Virus record (IMG/VR): IMGVR_UViG_3300029288_000084
Location: 1-64,000 of that record
DNA: 64,000 bases
DNA from: a virus
Taxonomy: Duplodnaviria; Caudoviricetes
Direction: 5' to 3' (one strand)
Shown: positions 48,325 to 57,831 of the stretch, in pieces
Layout of the letters: every line of letters begins with the position of its first letter
Position numbering within the stretch: the first letter of the stretch is position 1
Notes under the pieces: generated by a model
Database searches by the model: none
What the model saw: the letters and a program-made list of their open reading frames with translations, nothing else
What the model was told of the DNA's origin: nothing
Program-made: the position numbers and the translations under genes

Positions 48325-48542
48325 TCATTTAAATAATCACCTTCTAGCCGGATTAGTAATTTTTGTTTTGATATACATACAAATCTTAAAACATCCTTAT
48401 TAACATCATATATTATTTCAACATCGTAAGAAATATTAGGAGCATATAGATATACCCGATCATCTAAAATTTTCTTTATTCCACATAAATGACCTTCTAA
48501 CATTTCATTAAATTTTTTCCATTTTATGATATTTTCTTCCAT
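48282..48542 (-). CDS. hypothetical protein
   Basis: AGGAG RBS. Confidence 0.5.
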   Translation of the reverse strand: MEENIIKWKKFNEMLEGHLCGIKKILDDRVYLYAPNISYDVEIIYDVNKDVLRFVCISKQKLLIRLEGDYLNECTLSQYLIQYCGK

Positions 48543-48551
48543 TTTATTCTC

Positions 48552-48875
48552 CTAAAATGATATATCAATAGACATATTACTTTCTACAAGTTTTATAGAA
48601 AATTGTTTATTCTGTTGTATTACATCATTTAACAATACTCTTGCATAATGTTCATTAAATTCATTGTTTGGAAAAAGTTCATTATAACCTATGCCTATAG
48701 TAACACGATTTACCTTTACAACTTTTGTAATGCCATCTATATCTAAATCTGGATATAGTGTTACTAATCTTTCGCCTAAAACAGTAAATAATCTGTTGTA
48801 AACGAAATCTAAATTTTGTTTGTATCTAGATTTAAAAAATTTTTCTAACCATTCTTGAATATTGTCTGGTAACAT
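48552..48875 (-). CDS. hypothetical protein
   Basis: AGGAG RBS. Confidence 0.55.
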   Translation of the reverse strand: MLPDNIQEWLEKFFKSRYKQNLDFVYNRLFTVLGERLVTLYPDLDIDGITKVVKVNRVTIGIGYNELFPNNEFNEHYARVLLNDVIQQNKQFSIKLVESNMSIDISF

Positions 48876-48887
48876 TTTATTCTCCTT

Positions 48888-49316
48888 TTAAACTCTTATC
48901 ATTTCATATCTATCTTTTTTCATTGCTACTAATCTGATAAATATCAAATAATCTAAAGAACCATCAATATCAGTATGTTCGTGTAAGGTTATTTCTTTTA
49001 TATAAAATAAATTAGCATTATACCATTTATTTAAAATAAAATTCAATATTACTGGAAAATACTTTTTAACTTCTCTATATTTTAGTTTATTTAAAAAACA
49101 ACAATCTCCTAAGGGACCTAACACTACATAAGTTTCAGCATAATGTTTATCTAAAATCATCTTTGATTGATCATTTATTTCAAAATGATGTCCAAATACT
49201 AACGGATAATCTATTTGTTCAAATACTACATTGCTTGTATTTTGTTTAGTAGCATATTTTACAAATTTTTTAACCAATTTATGTGAATACTTTGAATTAA
49301 ATTTTTCTGCTTTCAT
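48888..49316 (-). CDS. hypothetical protein
   Basis: packed ORF. Confidence 0.5.
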   Translation of the reverse strand: MKAEKFNSKYSHKLVKKFVKYATKQNTSNVVFEQIDYPLVFGHHFEINDQSKMILDKHYAETYVVLGPLGDCCFLNKLKYREVKKYFPVILNFILNKWYNANLFYIKEITLHEHTDIDGSLDYLIFIRLVAMKKDRYEMIRV

Positions 49317-49527
49317 TTTTCTTTTTCCAATATTTTTTTACCAAATCTTTTAATTCTTCTTTTTTGTTTTCACATGTCCTACAAACATTAATACACATTT
49401 CATCTCCCCACAATACATTCCGATACATAAATATCTTTAATGCTTTTTCATCTTTTCTTTCTTGACAAAGAGCACAAATATCTGTTCGGCCATGAGATTC
49501 ATAGGGCGATTTATTTATCTTTCTCAT
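49297..49527 (-). CDS. small zinc-finger protein
   Basis: CALC...CRTC. Confidence 0.5.
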   Translation of the reverse strand: MRKINKSPYESHGRTDICALCQERKDEKALKIFMYRNVLWGDEMCINVCRTCENKKEELKDLVKKYWKKKNESRKI

Positions 49528-49529
49528 GT

Positions 49530-51659
49530 TTAAATTTGTATTATTTTTGAAAATTGATTTTTTCTAACTTCTAACACGTTTGAAAAATCTTCTGACTTAT
49601 TTTCTTCCCTGTGAGATACAATAAAAATAGAAAATCCATTCGCAGTAAATAATTTCAAAATTTGTACAAGAACTGAGATGCCACTCTTATCAAGACTGCT
49701 GTCTAAAATTTCATCAAAGAACAATAATGAGCAGTTTGCTCCTGTTTTCATCTTTAAGAAAGACACAAACGAAAACATCAAAGCCAAATCAATTCTAATC
49801 TTTTCTCCACCTGAAAATCTATCATAAGCAATGTATTCACCATATCGTTTCTTTATATTGACATCAAAGGTTTCTGTCAATTCAATTGAACATTCTGACT
49901 GAAATAGTGCCAAATATTCATTTACTTTTTGCTGCAATATCGGTAGATAGTGTTTAATGATCTGAGTTTTGATTCCAGAATCTGAAACTAGATTCTCCAT
50001 TATCTTAAAATAATCTTGACTCATTGTGCTTTGCTTTTCACTTTTCACAATGTCAACAAGTTTTTTTCTTACTTCCTCTAGCATATTTTCTATTTCCTGA
50101 ATATTAACAAAAGGAATATTCAGTTCAATTTCATTATACTGTTTCTGATATGCGCTGATAAAAGTTTCATTTTCGCTTTTTGTTTTCTCTAATTTTACAA
50201 TTTCATTTTTATATCTTAGCTCTTCTGCAAGCATGGCCTCAGTTTCTTTTTTAATCTGATTTTCTTTTTCAATTTGATCTTCTATTTCTTTTATTGCAAT
50301 CTCAGATTCTTTTTTAATGCTACAATTTATATCTAATTGCTTCGAATTCATTTCAGTTATTTGATTATTAATAGTTTCGGCATTTTTTTGAAAAATATTC
50401 AACTGTGTCTGAGTTTTGTTTGATTCAATATCCAAATCAGATATTTTCTTAACTTTCAGTAATTCAATTTCCTTTTCATACAAAATAATTTCAGTTTCTT
50501 TTGCTTTAATCTGTAATTGTAAATCTTCCTTTAACTTTTCAACTTTTTCGCCATGTAATTCTGACTTACATTTAGGACAAATGGTATTGGTTGTATAAAA
50601 CTTTAATTCTTCATTTAATTCATCAATTTTTATAGCTGCTGTTTTAATGTGATATTTATTGGCAAGTATATTTTCATCTGCATTGCTTGCAATAGCAAAC
50701 AATACTTTATCCCTTTCTCTTTCAAAATTACTCTTTTCATTTGCAAGTTTTAAAAGTTCTGAATTTGATGAATGTTTTACTCTTTGAATATCTTCAATCT
50801 GTTTACTGTATTTATTTGATATATCAGTTTCAACAGAAGCTTTTTTGATTCTTAAATCACTCAATCTTCTGTTAATATTTTCCAGTGTATCACTTGGTCC
50901 AGCCTTTGACATAATTCGATTGAAATCATAAATACGAAGATCTATCTCAGCGATTGTTGTTTGTTTATCTAAGATTTTTTCTTGTAACTCTTTCTTCTTT
51001 TGTTCAATATTTTCTTTTATCTGAACATTTGTTTGTTCAGCTCTCTTTACTTCATCTTTAACGTGTTGAATAGAATTTTCAACTAACTTCTTATTATTGG
51101 AAATCTCATACAATTTTGTTTGAATTTTGGAAAGCTTGTCTTTGACAATAATTTTCATCTTGGAAAAAATATCCAATTCAAATAATTGCTCAATAATTTC
51201 TCTTTTTTGTGCTAAAGGAAGCTTTAAAAATGGAACATAGTAGCCTGAACCTAAAGTGACAATTTGACGAAAGATCTTTTCATCAAAACCTAAGATATTT
51301 TTTTCAATAAAATCTTGCATATCCTTAATATCTTGTTTTGGTAATTTTTCTTCGCCTTTGAAAATTTCTAATCTCTGTGGTACTAACCCTCTAATGATTT
51401 TCCAAGGTTGGCCATTTCTCTTTATATCAATTTCAGTATAAAGATTCTTTTGATTTATTTCATTTACAAGATCACCAATATTGATTTTTCTATATGGACG
51501 ACCGAAAAAAACAAAATTAAGAGCATCAACAATTGTAGATTTGCCTGCACCATTTGTACCTGTTATCAAAACCAAATCTTGGGAATTAAAATCAATTTCA
51601 GATTCTTCATTTCCAAAACTTTGAAAATTCTTGAACTTAAGTTTTCCGATAATTAGCAT
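49530..51659 (-). CDS. 46: recombination ATPase gp46 (SbcC/Rad50)
   Basis: FKNFQSFGN, GTNGAGKST, CPKC zinc hook, FSGGEK.RIDLA, FFDE, VSH. Confidence 0.95.
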   Translation of the reverse strand: MLIIGKLKFKNFQSFGNEESEIDFNSQDLVLITGTNGAGKSTIVDALNFVFFGRPYRKINIGDLVNEINQKNLYTEIDIKRNGQPWKIIRGLVPQRLEIFKGEEKLPKQDIKDMQDFIEKNILGFDEKIFRQIVTLGSGYYVPFLKLPLAQKREIIEQLFELDIFSKMKIIVKDKLSKIQTKLYEISNNKKLVENSIQHVKDEVKRAEQTNVQIKENIEQKKKELQEKILDKQTTIAEIDLRIYDFNRIMSKAGPSDTLENINRRLSDLRIKKASVETDISNKYSKQIEDIQRVKHSSNSELLKLANEKSNFERERDKVLFAIASNADENILANKYHIKTAAIKIDELNEELKFYTTNTICPKCKSELHGEKVEKLKEDLQLQIKAKETEIILYEKEIELLKVKKISDLDIESNKTQTQLNIFQKNAETINNQITEMNSKQLDINCSIKKESEIAIKEIEDQIEKENQIKKETEAMLAEELRYKNEIVKLEKTKSENETFISAYQKQYNEIELNIPFVNIQEIENMLEEVRKKLVDIVKSEKQSTMSQDYFKIMENLVSDSGIKTQIIKHYLPILQQKVNEYLALFQSECSIELTETFDVNIKKRYGEYIAYDRFSGGEKIRIDLALMFSFVSFLKMKTGANCSLLFFDEILDSSLDKSGISVLVQILKLFTANGFSIFIVSHREENKSEDFSNVLEVRKNQFSKIIQI

Positions 51660-51926
51660 TTAAAATACTCCCATTGTTCCTTAACCATTTTTACGAATAA
51701 ATTTACTTCGTACATATCACTAAAAAATTTTTTTTTGGTTCTACCATCAACATATATAATTTCTAATGTTATTTTACTACTATTATCTAATCCAAAAATT
51801 GTTATTGCATTCACTAAATAACTTGGGCGATGTGGAATCAAATTATTTTACCTATTTGCTTTTTTAAAACAACACATGTAACAATTACCACAACAGTTGG
51901 AACAATGAAGAACTTGAAAAATTTTT

Positions 51927-52136
51927 TCATTTGTTATTTTCCTCCTTTGAACTTTTTATTAGAGAATATCCTCTAGCAAATGCACAAGAAAATGTATGAT
52001 TCCGAATATTTTTATTTTTTTCTGATGGGCAATTTTCATTCATACCTTTACAATTGTCAAAAAATGGGCATTCTTTGTTTGCAGGTATCTTTCCATTTTC
52101 CAAACCATTTTCATTGAGATATGTTGTTTGATTCAT
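51927..52136 (-). CDS. small Cys-rich protein
   Basis: CPF..C...CP...FSCAFAR. Confidence 0.5.
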   Translation of the reverse strand: MNQTTYLNENGLENGKIPANKECPFFDNCKGMNENCPSEKNKNIRNHTFSCAFARGYSLIKSSKEENNK

Positions 52137-52354
52137 TTAATTTCTTTAATTATAATTTTTCCTACCCTAACATAGGTAAAACTATCTTCGTATTGTTTTG
52201 GTAAATAACCATTGTTCATGAGAAAAGCGCATTCACGACGTATTGTTGTTAAGTCGCTTGTAATAAATATTTCACCATAGAGATTATGATACATTTCATA
52301 TAAAATTTTATTACCATCTTCCCAATAAATTTCTAATGAATAATTTTTTTCCAT
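52133..52354 (-). CDS. hypothetical protein
   Basis: coupled ORF; weak resemblance to 52354-52584 (LM.NG). Confidence 0.5.
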   Translation of the reverse strand: MEKNYSLEIYWEDGNKILYEMYHNLYGEIFITSDLTTIRRECAFLMNNGYLPKQYEDSFTYVRVGKIIIKEIK

Positions 52355-52584
52355 TATACTTTCTCCTTACTACAATGTGGAACTACTTCAATAGAAATTG
52401 GCTTAACTATTGTTGTTCTACCATCGGGTAAATATTCAATTACACAACCATTTCGCATTAATTTTTGTACTTCTGTCCTAACAAATTTATAACTACCACT
52501 ATAGTTTACTTTTACACTATATATTACAGGATGAGATAAATTAGATTCAAAATAATAAACCTTAAAAACCCAATCCATAATCAA
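52354..52584 (-). CDS. hypothetical protein
   Basis: AGGAGG RBS after a class II promoter. Confidence 0.55.
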   Translation of the reverse strand: MIMDWVFKVYYFESNLSHPVIYSVKVNYSGSYKFVRTEVQKLMRNGCVIEYLPDGRTTIVKPISIEVVPHCSKEKV

Positions 52585-52598
52585 CCTCCTAAAAACTT

Positions 52599-52629
52599 AT
52601 TATATAATATCTATTACTTTAATTTAGTA
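52599..52629 (-). promoter_or_regulatory. TACTAAAT-N17-TATAAT promoter (class II) upstream of the gp46 string
   Basis: exact motif. Confidence 0.8.
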
Positions 52630-53508
52630 AAAAAACACAAATTCACTGTTGATTGTTTTTACTTCCCCATTCTCAGCTAAAATATCTAATATCCAACCGC
52701 CGTTGATCGTAGGTAAACAATATTGTTTTGATAAGATAGTAGGACCCTGAAAAGAGCCTGCATGATAAGCTGTAATATTTCTTGCTGTAAATTCCATTGA
52801 TTGATGCCAATGACCTACCAAGAGAATTCTGGGTTTATTTCCAGGAACATATGATTCAATTCTTTTTTGTATTTTGTAACTTACAGCATATGCCCCCTTT
52901 CCAGCACCGTGAAATAGATCAAATAGAATCCCATTTATTTTAACACTACCTTCAATTGCACCAAGAAAAGTAAAATCTTTTCTTGAATGGGCAATATCTG
53001 CACCAACATTTTTACCAGCTATCTTGTAAATAGCATATTCATGATTTCCTGTTATAAAAAAACACCTTTTCAAATCAGGGACTATATTGCATAATAAATC
53101 TACTTGATCATCAACACCCACTACTTCTAATTCATATTCTTGACCACGATAAACATTGTTTGCATCAATTAAATCCCCAGGTGCAAGAAATGCTTCAACA
53201 CCCTGATCTTGAGCATATTTGATAAAAGTTTTAAGTTCTGTCTTTTTACATGCTTTAGATCCAATATGCCAATCTGACATAGCTGCAACTTTAAAGTGAT
53301 TGCCCTCAATTTTATATTCAGGTACTATTTTCGGTTGAAGTATTGGATCTGTTAAAAATGGAAGATTGTGAGATGAAAAATATTTTGATATTGATAACCA
53401 TTCCTGAGCTGTTCTATCACTAACATTAAATTCATCACATAGTTTTTTCCTGCCATATCCTTTATCAATGATGAGTTTGAATATTTCCTCTGATAGAGGT
53501 TTTGTCAT
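52624..53508 (-). CDS. calcineurin-like metallophosphoesterase with N-terminal HTH
   Basis: SDWHIGS, GDLID, GNHE, FHG, GHWH. Confidence 0.85.
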   Translation of the reverse strand: MTKPLSEEIFKLIIDKGYGRKKLCDEFNVSDRTAQEWLSISKYFSSHNLPFLTDPILQPKIVPEYKIEGNHFKVAAMSDWHIGSKACKKTELKTFIKYAQDQGVEAFLAPGDLIDANNVYRGQEYELEVVGVDDQVDLLCNIVPDLKRCFFITGNHEYAIYKIAGKNVGADIAHSRKDFTFLGAIEGSVKINGILFDLFHGAGKGAYAVSYKIQKRIESYVPGNKPRILLVGHWHQSMEFTARNITAYHAGSFQGPTILSKQYCLPTINGGWILDILAENGEVKTINSEFVFFY

Positions 53509-53543
53509 GCATTTCTCCTTTTTGGTTGATTTTCTTGGTAAAT

Positions 53544-53753
53544 TCAGGCATTCTTTTCACCTTTAGAATAGCCATCCCTTGACCAGCAAGAACCTTTAAA
53601 AATTACAGGAGAAGCATTTAAAGTTCGTTCCATTTTATTGTGACATCTTGTACAATAAATTTCTGTTATATCTAATTCATTCAACGGAATTTTTATATCT
53701 GTCACAATATTACCGCACTCTTTATTCGTGCATTCATAATCATATACTGGCAT
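53544..53753 (-). CDS. FmdB-family zinc-ribbon protein
   Basis: MPVYDYEC...CG...C..C...FKGS.W. Confidence 0.8.
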   Translation of the reverse strand: MPVYDYECTNKECGNIVTDIKIPLNELDITEIYCTRCHNKMERTLNASPVIFKGSCWSRDGYSKGEKNA

Positions 53754-53766
53754 TTCTCCTACCTAT

Positions 53767-53774
53767 TATTTATA
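53767..53774 (-). promoter_or_regulatory. T4-type late promoter TATAAATA
   Basis: exact consensus ahead of AGGAG RBS. Confidence 0.65.
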
Positions 53775-54015
53775 AATTTGCTTTAAATTCTGTAATGTTA
53801 TCTTGTATCTTCATGAGTTTGTACATTTAAACAATGCATATCTTGCATTAGCAAGAAGATGGAGCTTGCTTACTTCATCAATTTTTTTCTCTGTAAGGAA
53901 ATCAATTGTTTCTTGACAAACTTTCAGCAAATCTGATAATGCTGAAATAGCATATGCGTGTTTCTTTGAAGTTGGCTTAGCGTATTTTCTACTTGTTCAT
54001 TGAATGTTAATTCTC

Positions 54016-54606
54016 TCATTTTTTATCTTCTTTGTCTCTGATATAGTTCGTTACATGACTATTTAAATTAGCAAAAGATGCTTCTATAGTTCTGCAACCA
54101 AGATACATAGTCTGAATATGACCGGAGTAATTTCGCATCTGATCTTGAGTAAATGCATCAACAGATGCACCAATATACAACACTTCCCAGCCATCTTTCT
54201 TGACCTTTTCGATCTGATTTTTTATTTGTTCCAGTGTATATTCTGCACTAGAATTTTCTTGACCATCTGTTAAAATGACAAGCATTGTATTAGGTTTTGT
54301 TTTCAGAGTTGAATGTCTTTTTTCAACTGTATCAATAACAAAACCAATTGCATCATTTAATGCTGTCATGCCACCAGGAATATAAGTAGATTCATCTAGT
54401 GGTTTTACATCATCGATTTTTACACCATCGTAAAACATCTTATGTTGTACAGGTGCATCAAAAAATAAAAGTGAAAATAAAGTTGATTTTGATAACTTTT
54501 TTTGTTCAGTGATAAAAGTATTAAAACCACCAATAACATCCTTAAGAGTAGTCTGCATAGAACCGCTCTTATCAATAATACAAATAATTTCATTTTTTCT
54601 TTTCAT
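54016..54606 (-). CDS. von Willebrand factor A domain protein
   Basis: DKSGSM MIDAS, P.G.TAL.DA, LTDGQENSS. Confidence 0.88.
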   Translation of the reverse strand: MKRKNEIICIIDKSGSMQTTLKDVIGGFNTFITEQKKLSKSTLFSLLFFDAPVQHKMFYDGVKIDDVKPLDESTYIPGGMTALNDAIGFVIDTVEKRHSTLKTKPNTMLVILTDGQENSSAEYTLEQIKNQIEKVKKDGWEVLYIGASVDAFTQDQMRNYSGHIQTMYLGCRTIEASFANLNSHVTNYIRDKEDKK

Positions 54607-54623
54607 TTTTTATCTCCTTTATT

Positions 54624-54938
54624 TTACCAATCATGCTCTGTAACTTGCGGCTTTGATCCAAAAGATTCTATAAAAGGCATAATTTTTTCCTTAAAACATT
54701 CTGGACAAACATCAAATTCTGTTTCTGTTGATTCACCGCCACTACCTAAACAATCATTGCCATCTTCTAATTTAATGGTGACTTTTTGCATATTATTTTC
54801 ATATTCATTTGTTGCCCAATTATTATTATCTAAACCTGCATTTACTACTATTATATTTTTCTTACATATATCACAAATCAATTCAACAACTTTTTCATTT
54901 TTCTTTTTGGGAATAATAATTTGTTTTTTAATTTTCAT
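54624..54938 (-). CDS. zinc-binding hypothetical protein
   Basis: CDIC...FDVCPECF. Confidence 0.6.
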   Translation of the reverse strand: MKIKKQIIIPKKKNEKVVELICDICKKNIIVVNAGLDNNNWATNEYENNMQKVTIKLEDGNDCLGSGGESTETEFDVCPECFKEKIMPFIESFGSKPQVTEHDW

Positions 54939-54952
54939 TTTATATCTCCATT

Positions 54953-55966
54953 CTATCCATTCGCAACGGCTTCTTGATGAGTTCTTTCAAATAACTCATA
55001 CAGTGTTTTATTTTCAATTGGTTTTTGTAATTCCATTTTTTCTATATATCTCTTCGATAAAGCAAGAATATTCTCAACCCCATCTACTTGATCCAATTCC
55101 ATTATTTTTTGTAATTCACCCTCAAGTGAAAGAATTTTTACAGCAATAGGTAATTGTTTATATATTGCATCTAAAAATTGCTTATAAGCATTTTCATCTT
55201 CTTTCTTTGTTACAACAATCGAAACAGCTTTATTAAAAAAATTATAATCTTTTACTTTTTCACAATCATCTGGATAATTGATTTTTTTAAATAATTCAAA
55301 CTTTGATTTTATAAATTCGATTTTACTAGTTTCATCATCAAATAAATAAAATCCATGTTCTGTATCTGTTTCACCAAAATCTAAAGCAATCAACGAACCT
55401 AGATACATAATATTCTTTTTAATGCTCTTGCGATGAAAATGTCCAACATAAGCAAAATCAAAAAAATCAAATTCATCTATTCTATTCCCTTTATTACTTA
55501 CAACACCCTTTTGATATTCAAATCCATTTATTTCGAAATGACCAAAAGCATATTGGGCAGGGTATTGTTTAGGATTAAACCCCCAAGGAATATAAACAGA
55601 ATTTCCTTGCTTTAAGACCTCGGTATCTACAATTTTAAAACCAGTTCTTTCAAACAAAGAGTGCAAAGAATTAACTTCGTTTCGATCACGAAAATAAGCA
55701 TCGTGATTTCCACAAATCAATATAACTTCTAACCCCAAATCAATAGCAGGTTTTGTGAAACATTCATTAATAATATGGGAAGTCTGCTTATTTATTTGCT
55801 TCTTATCGTTTGTAAAATCACCGACTTGAACAACCCTTTTAACTTTTCTTTCTCTTGCAATAGGCCAGATTTGTTCTATAAATAATCTTTTTAAGATCTT
55901 ATCAGTTGCAAAATCAAAGGTTGGGTTCTGAAAATGGGCGTCACCAAATAGGAGTGTTACTGACAT
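54953..55966 (-). CDS. 47: recombination nuclease gp47 (SbcD/Mre11)
   Basis: GDAHF, GDF, GNHD, IPW, GHFE..GF, GHFH, YLGS. Confidence 0.93.
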   Translation of the reverse strand: MSVTLLFGDAHFQNPTFDFATDKILKRLFIEQIWPIARERKVKRVVQVGDFTNDKKQINKQTSHIINECFTKPAIDLGLEVILICGNHDAYFRDRNEVNSLHSLFERTGFKIVDTEVLKQGNSVYIPWGFNPKQYPAQYAFGHFEINGFEYQKGVVSNKGNRIDEFDFFDFAYVGHFHRKSIKKNIMYLGSLIALDFGETDTEHGFYLFDDETSKIEFIKSKFELFKKINYPDDCEKVKDYNFFNKAVSIVVTKKEDENAYKQFLDAIYKQLPIAVKILSLEGELQKIMELDQVDGVENILALSKRYIEKMELQKPIENKTLYELFERTHQEAVANG

Positions 55967-56838
55967 TTTTGCACCTTTTTTATTTTACAATTATCACAAA
56001 AATATCCCCGATTACTTCTACATAAAAATTCTATACCACATTTTTTACAAATATTTTTAAAAATTCTTTTCTTTAAAGAAGCACTTAAATGTTGTTTATG
56101 TAATCTAGATTGAGGTCCGCGTTTTTTACCAAGCATAGCTTTACTTTGTTTTTTCCTTGTTATTTCAGGTGTTACTTTTCCCTTTCGAGGTGCCCAATGA
56201 CCCCCAAATTTTTCTTTCATCGTTTTCATTCTTTTTTCTACAGTAGTTGGCAACTGTTTTCTTCCTGTTAATTTTTTGCTACAATTCAAATTTTGTTCTT
56301 CCGAATGTTTCCTCCCTTTATTACATAATCCTACATTTTCTTTCCATTTCTTAGCTTTAGCATTATCTTTCTTAGAAATGTGATTACTTACTAATTTTTT
56401 TTTCCATTCTTCCGAGAATATTCTATTTTTTAATTTATCGCTTATTTTTTTACTTCTTATTTTTTTGTTTTCTTCAGAAACAAAAGAATATGTATCACCA
56501 CCATTTCCACCTTCTGTTATGTTCATTCCTATTTTTGGGTTTTGTGAATCATATAACTTGATAAAATGTTTTTCCCATTCACTTAATTGTTTATGTTTTT
56601 CTTGTTTGTTTTGTACATCATTATCAAACATCATATAAACAATTTCCGTTTTTATTTTATCAATTCCATACTTATTTACAACTCTCAAAATATATTTACT
56701 AGAACCAACATATTTGAATTTATAAAATTCATTTGCGGATTGACAAAGTTTTTTTCCAATTACAAACTTATTATAAAAAGAAGATTCCGGTATTAAAACA
56801 GTTGATTTATAAATTACCCCTAACAATAGATTTAACAT
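55957..56838 (-). mobile_element. GIY-YIG homing endonuclease, paralog C
   Basis: GVIYKSTVL..ESSFYNK..IGK...WEKHFIKLYDSQNPKIG; NUMOD3 repeats plus zinc finger. Confidence 0.85.
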
Positions 56839-56853
56839 GCTTACCTCACTTTA

Positions 56854-56884
56854 ATTATAATATATTCACTGTTCTTTTTTAGTA
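56854..56884 (-). promoter_or_regulatory. class II promoter variant TACTAAAA-N17-TATAAT
   Basis: one mismatch, same spacing; upstream of the endonuclease and gp47. Confidence 0.65.
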
Positions 56885-57444
56885 TTTTCATAGAACAATT
56901 CATCTAATAAATCTGTATTCATATTTTGTACTACCAATTCATCTTCCCAAAGAATAATTGTTTTTTCCTCTGGTTGTTCGTTTCTTTCAATTACTTCTTG
57001 TTCAATTTGTGAATCAATAGGATTATTAAAATTTCTATATGACTTTTTATTATTTCGAATTGTTACAAAACATTCTTCTTCTGCCATTCTTCCAGCTACA
57101 TTCTTTATGATATCCTTTTTCTTTTTTTCGTAATTGTATTTTTGTTGAAAAGCTGATTTTATAATTTCTGTAAAATAAGAAAATGGGTTGTCTGACTTTT
57201 CTCTCGAATAATTGTACATGTAACGAAGACAATATTCAACCCCATACATTTGCATATCTTCGGAATGTTCAAAAGTAATTTTGGAAGGCCAATTAGCAAT
57301 ATATTTTCTAGCAATCAACAAAAACATTGCGCCAATTTCATTTGGACATCCTATCTCAGGATGTAATTTTTTATCTTCAAAATGTTTTTCTAAAAGTTCA
57401 ATAAATTTTTCATTGTCTAAATAGTGTATTTTTGGTTGGTTCAT
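56866..57444 (-). CDS. 55: late sigma factor gp55
   Basis: HYLDN..F, IG.MF.LIA, EDM...GVE.C, KS.NPFSYFT.I...AF. Confidence 0.9.
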   Translation of the reverse strand: MNQPKIHYLDNEKFIELLEKHFEDKKLHPEIGCPNEIGAMFLLIARKYIANWPSKITFEHSEDMQMYGVEYCLRYMYNYSREKSDNPFSYFTEIIKSAFQQKYNYEKKKKDIIKNVAGRMAEEECFVTIRNNKKSYRNFNNPIDSQIEQEVIERNEQPEEKTIILWEDELVVQNMNTDLLDELFYENTKKEQ

Positions 57445-57829
57445 TTTGTTTGTTTATTTTTCCTAATGCTATGTCTAAACTCTTCCAAGAAATCACAAAG
57501 GAAATAAGAAAACAAACAAAAAAAATTATAAATTTATTTTTACCCAAATTAACAATACCTAAATATAAAAATATAAAATATATCAACCAGCAAATTATGA
57601 ATTTTATAATATTGCTAATTTTACTTATTCCCTTTAATTTTTTATATTTGCAAAAAATAAAATTTCTATCCGCATTTGAAGCATCATCCAATTCATTTAT
57701 GTGAAATTCACACCACCCACAACCAATAGAGCCAATATATTTTTCTGGGACATATGGACATAATGTTTTACATATATGTGTTTTATTCTGATACTTATCT
57801 CTAACAATTTCAAAATACATTTTTTCCAT
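57410..57829 (-). CDS. CxxxCP..IGSxxC domain plus two TM helices
   Basis: motif shared with two other ORFs. Confidence 0.55.
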   Translation of the reverse strand: MEKMYFEIVRDKYQNKTHICKTLCPYVPEKYIGSIGCGWCEFHINELDDASNADRNFIFCKYKKLKGISKISNIIKFIICWLIYFIFLYLGIVNLGKNKFIIFFVCFLISFVISWKSLDIALGKINKQNEPTKNTLFRQ

Positions 57830-57831
57830 AA

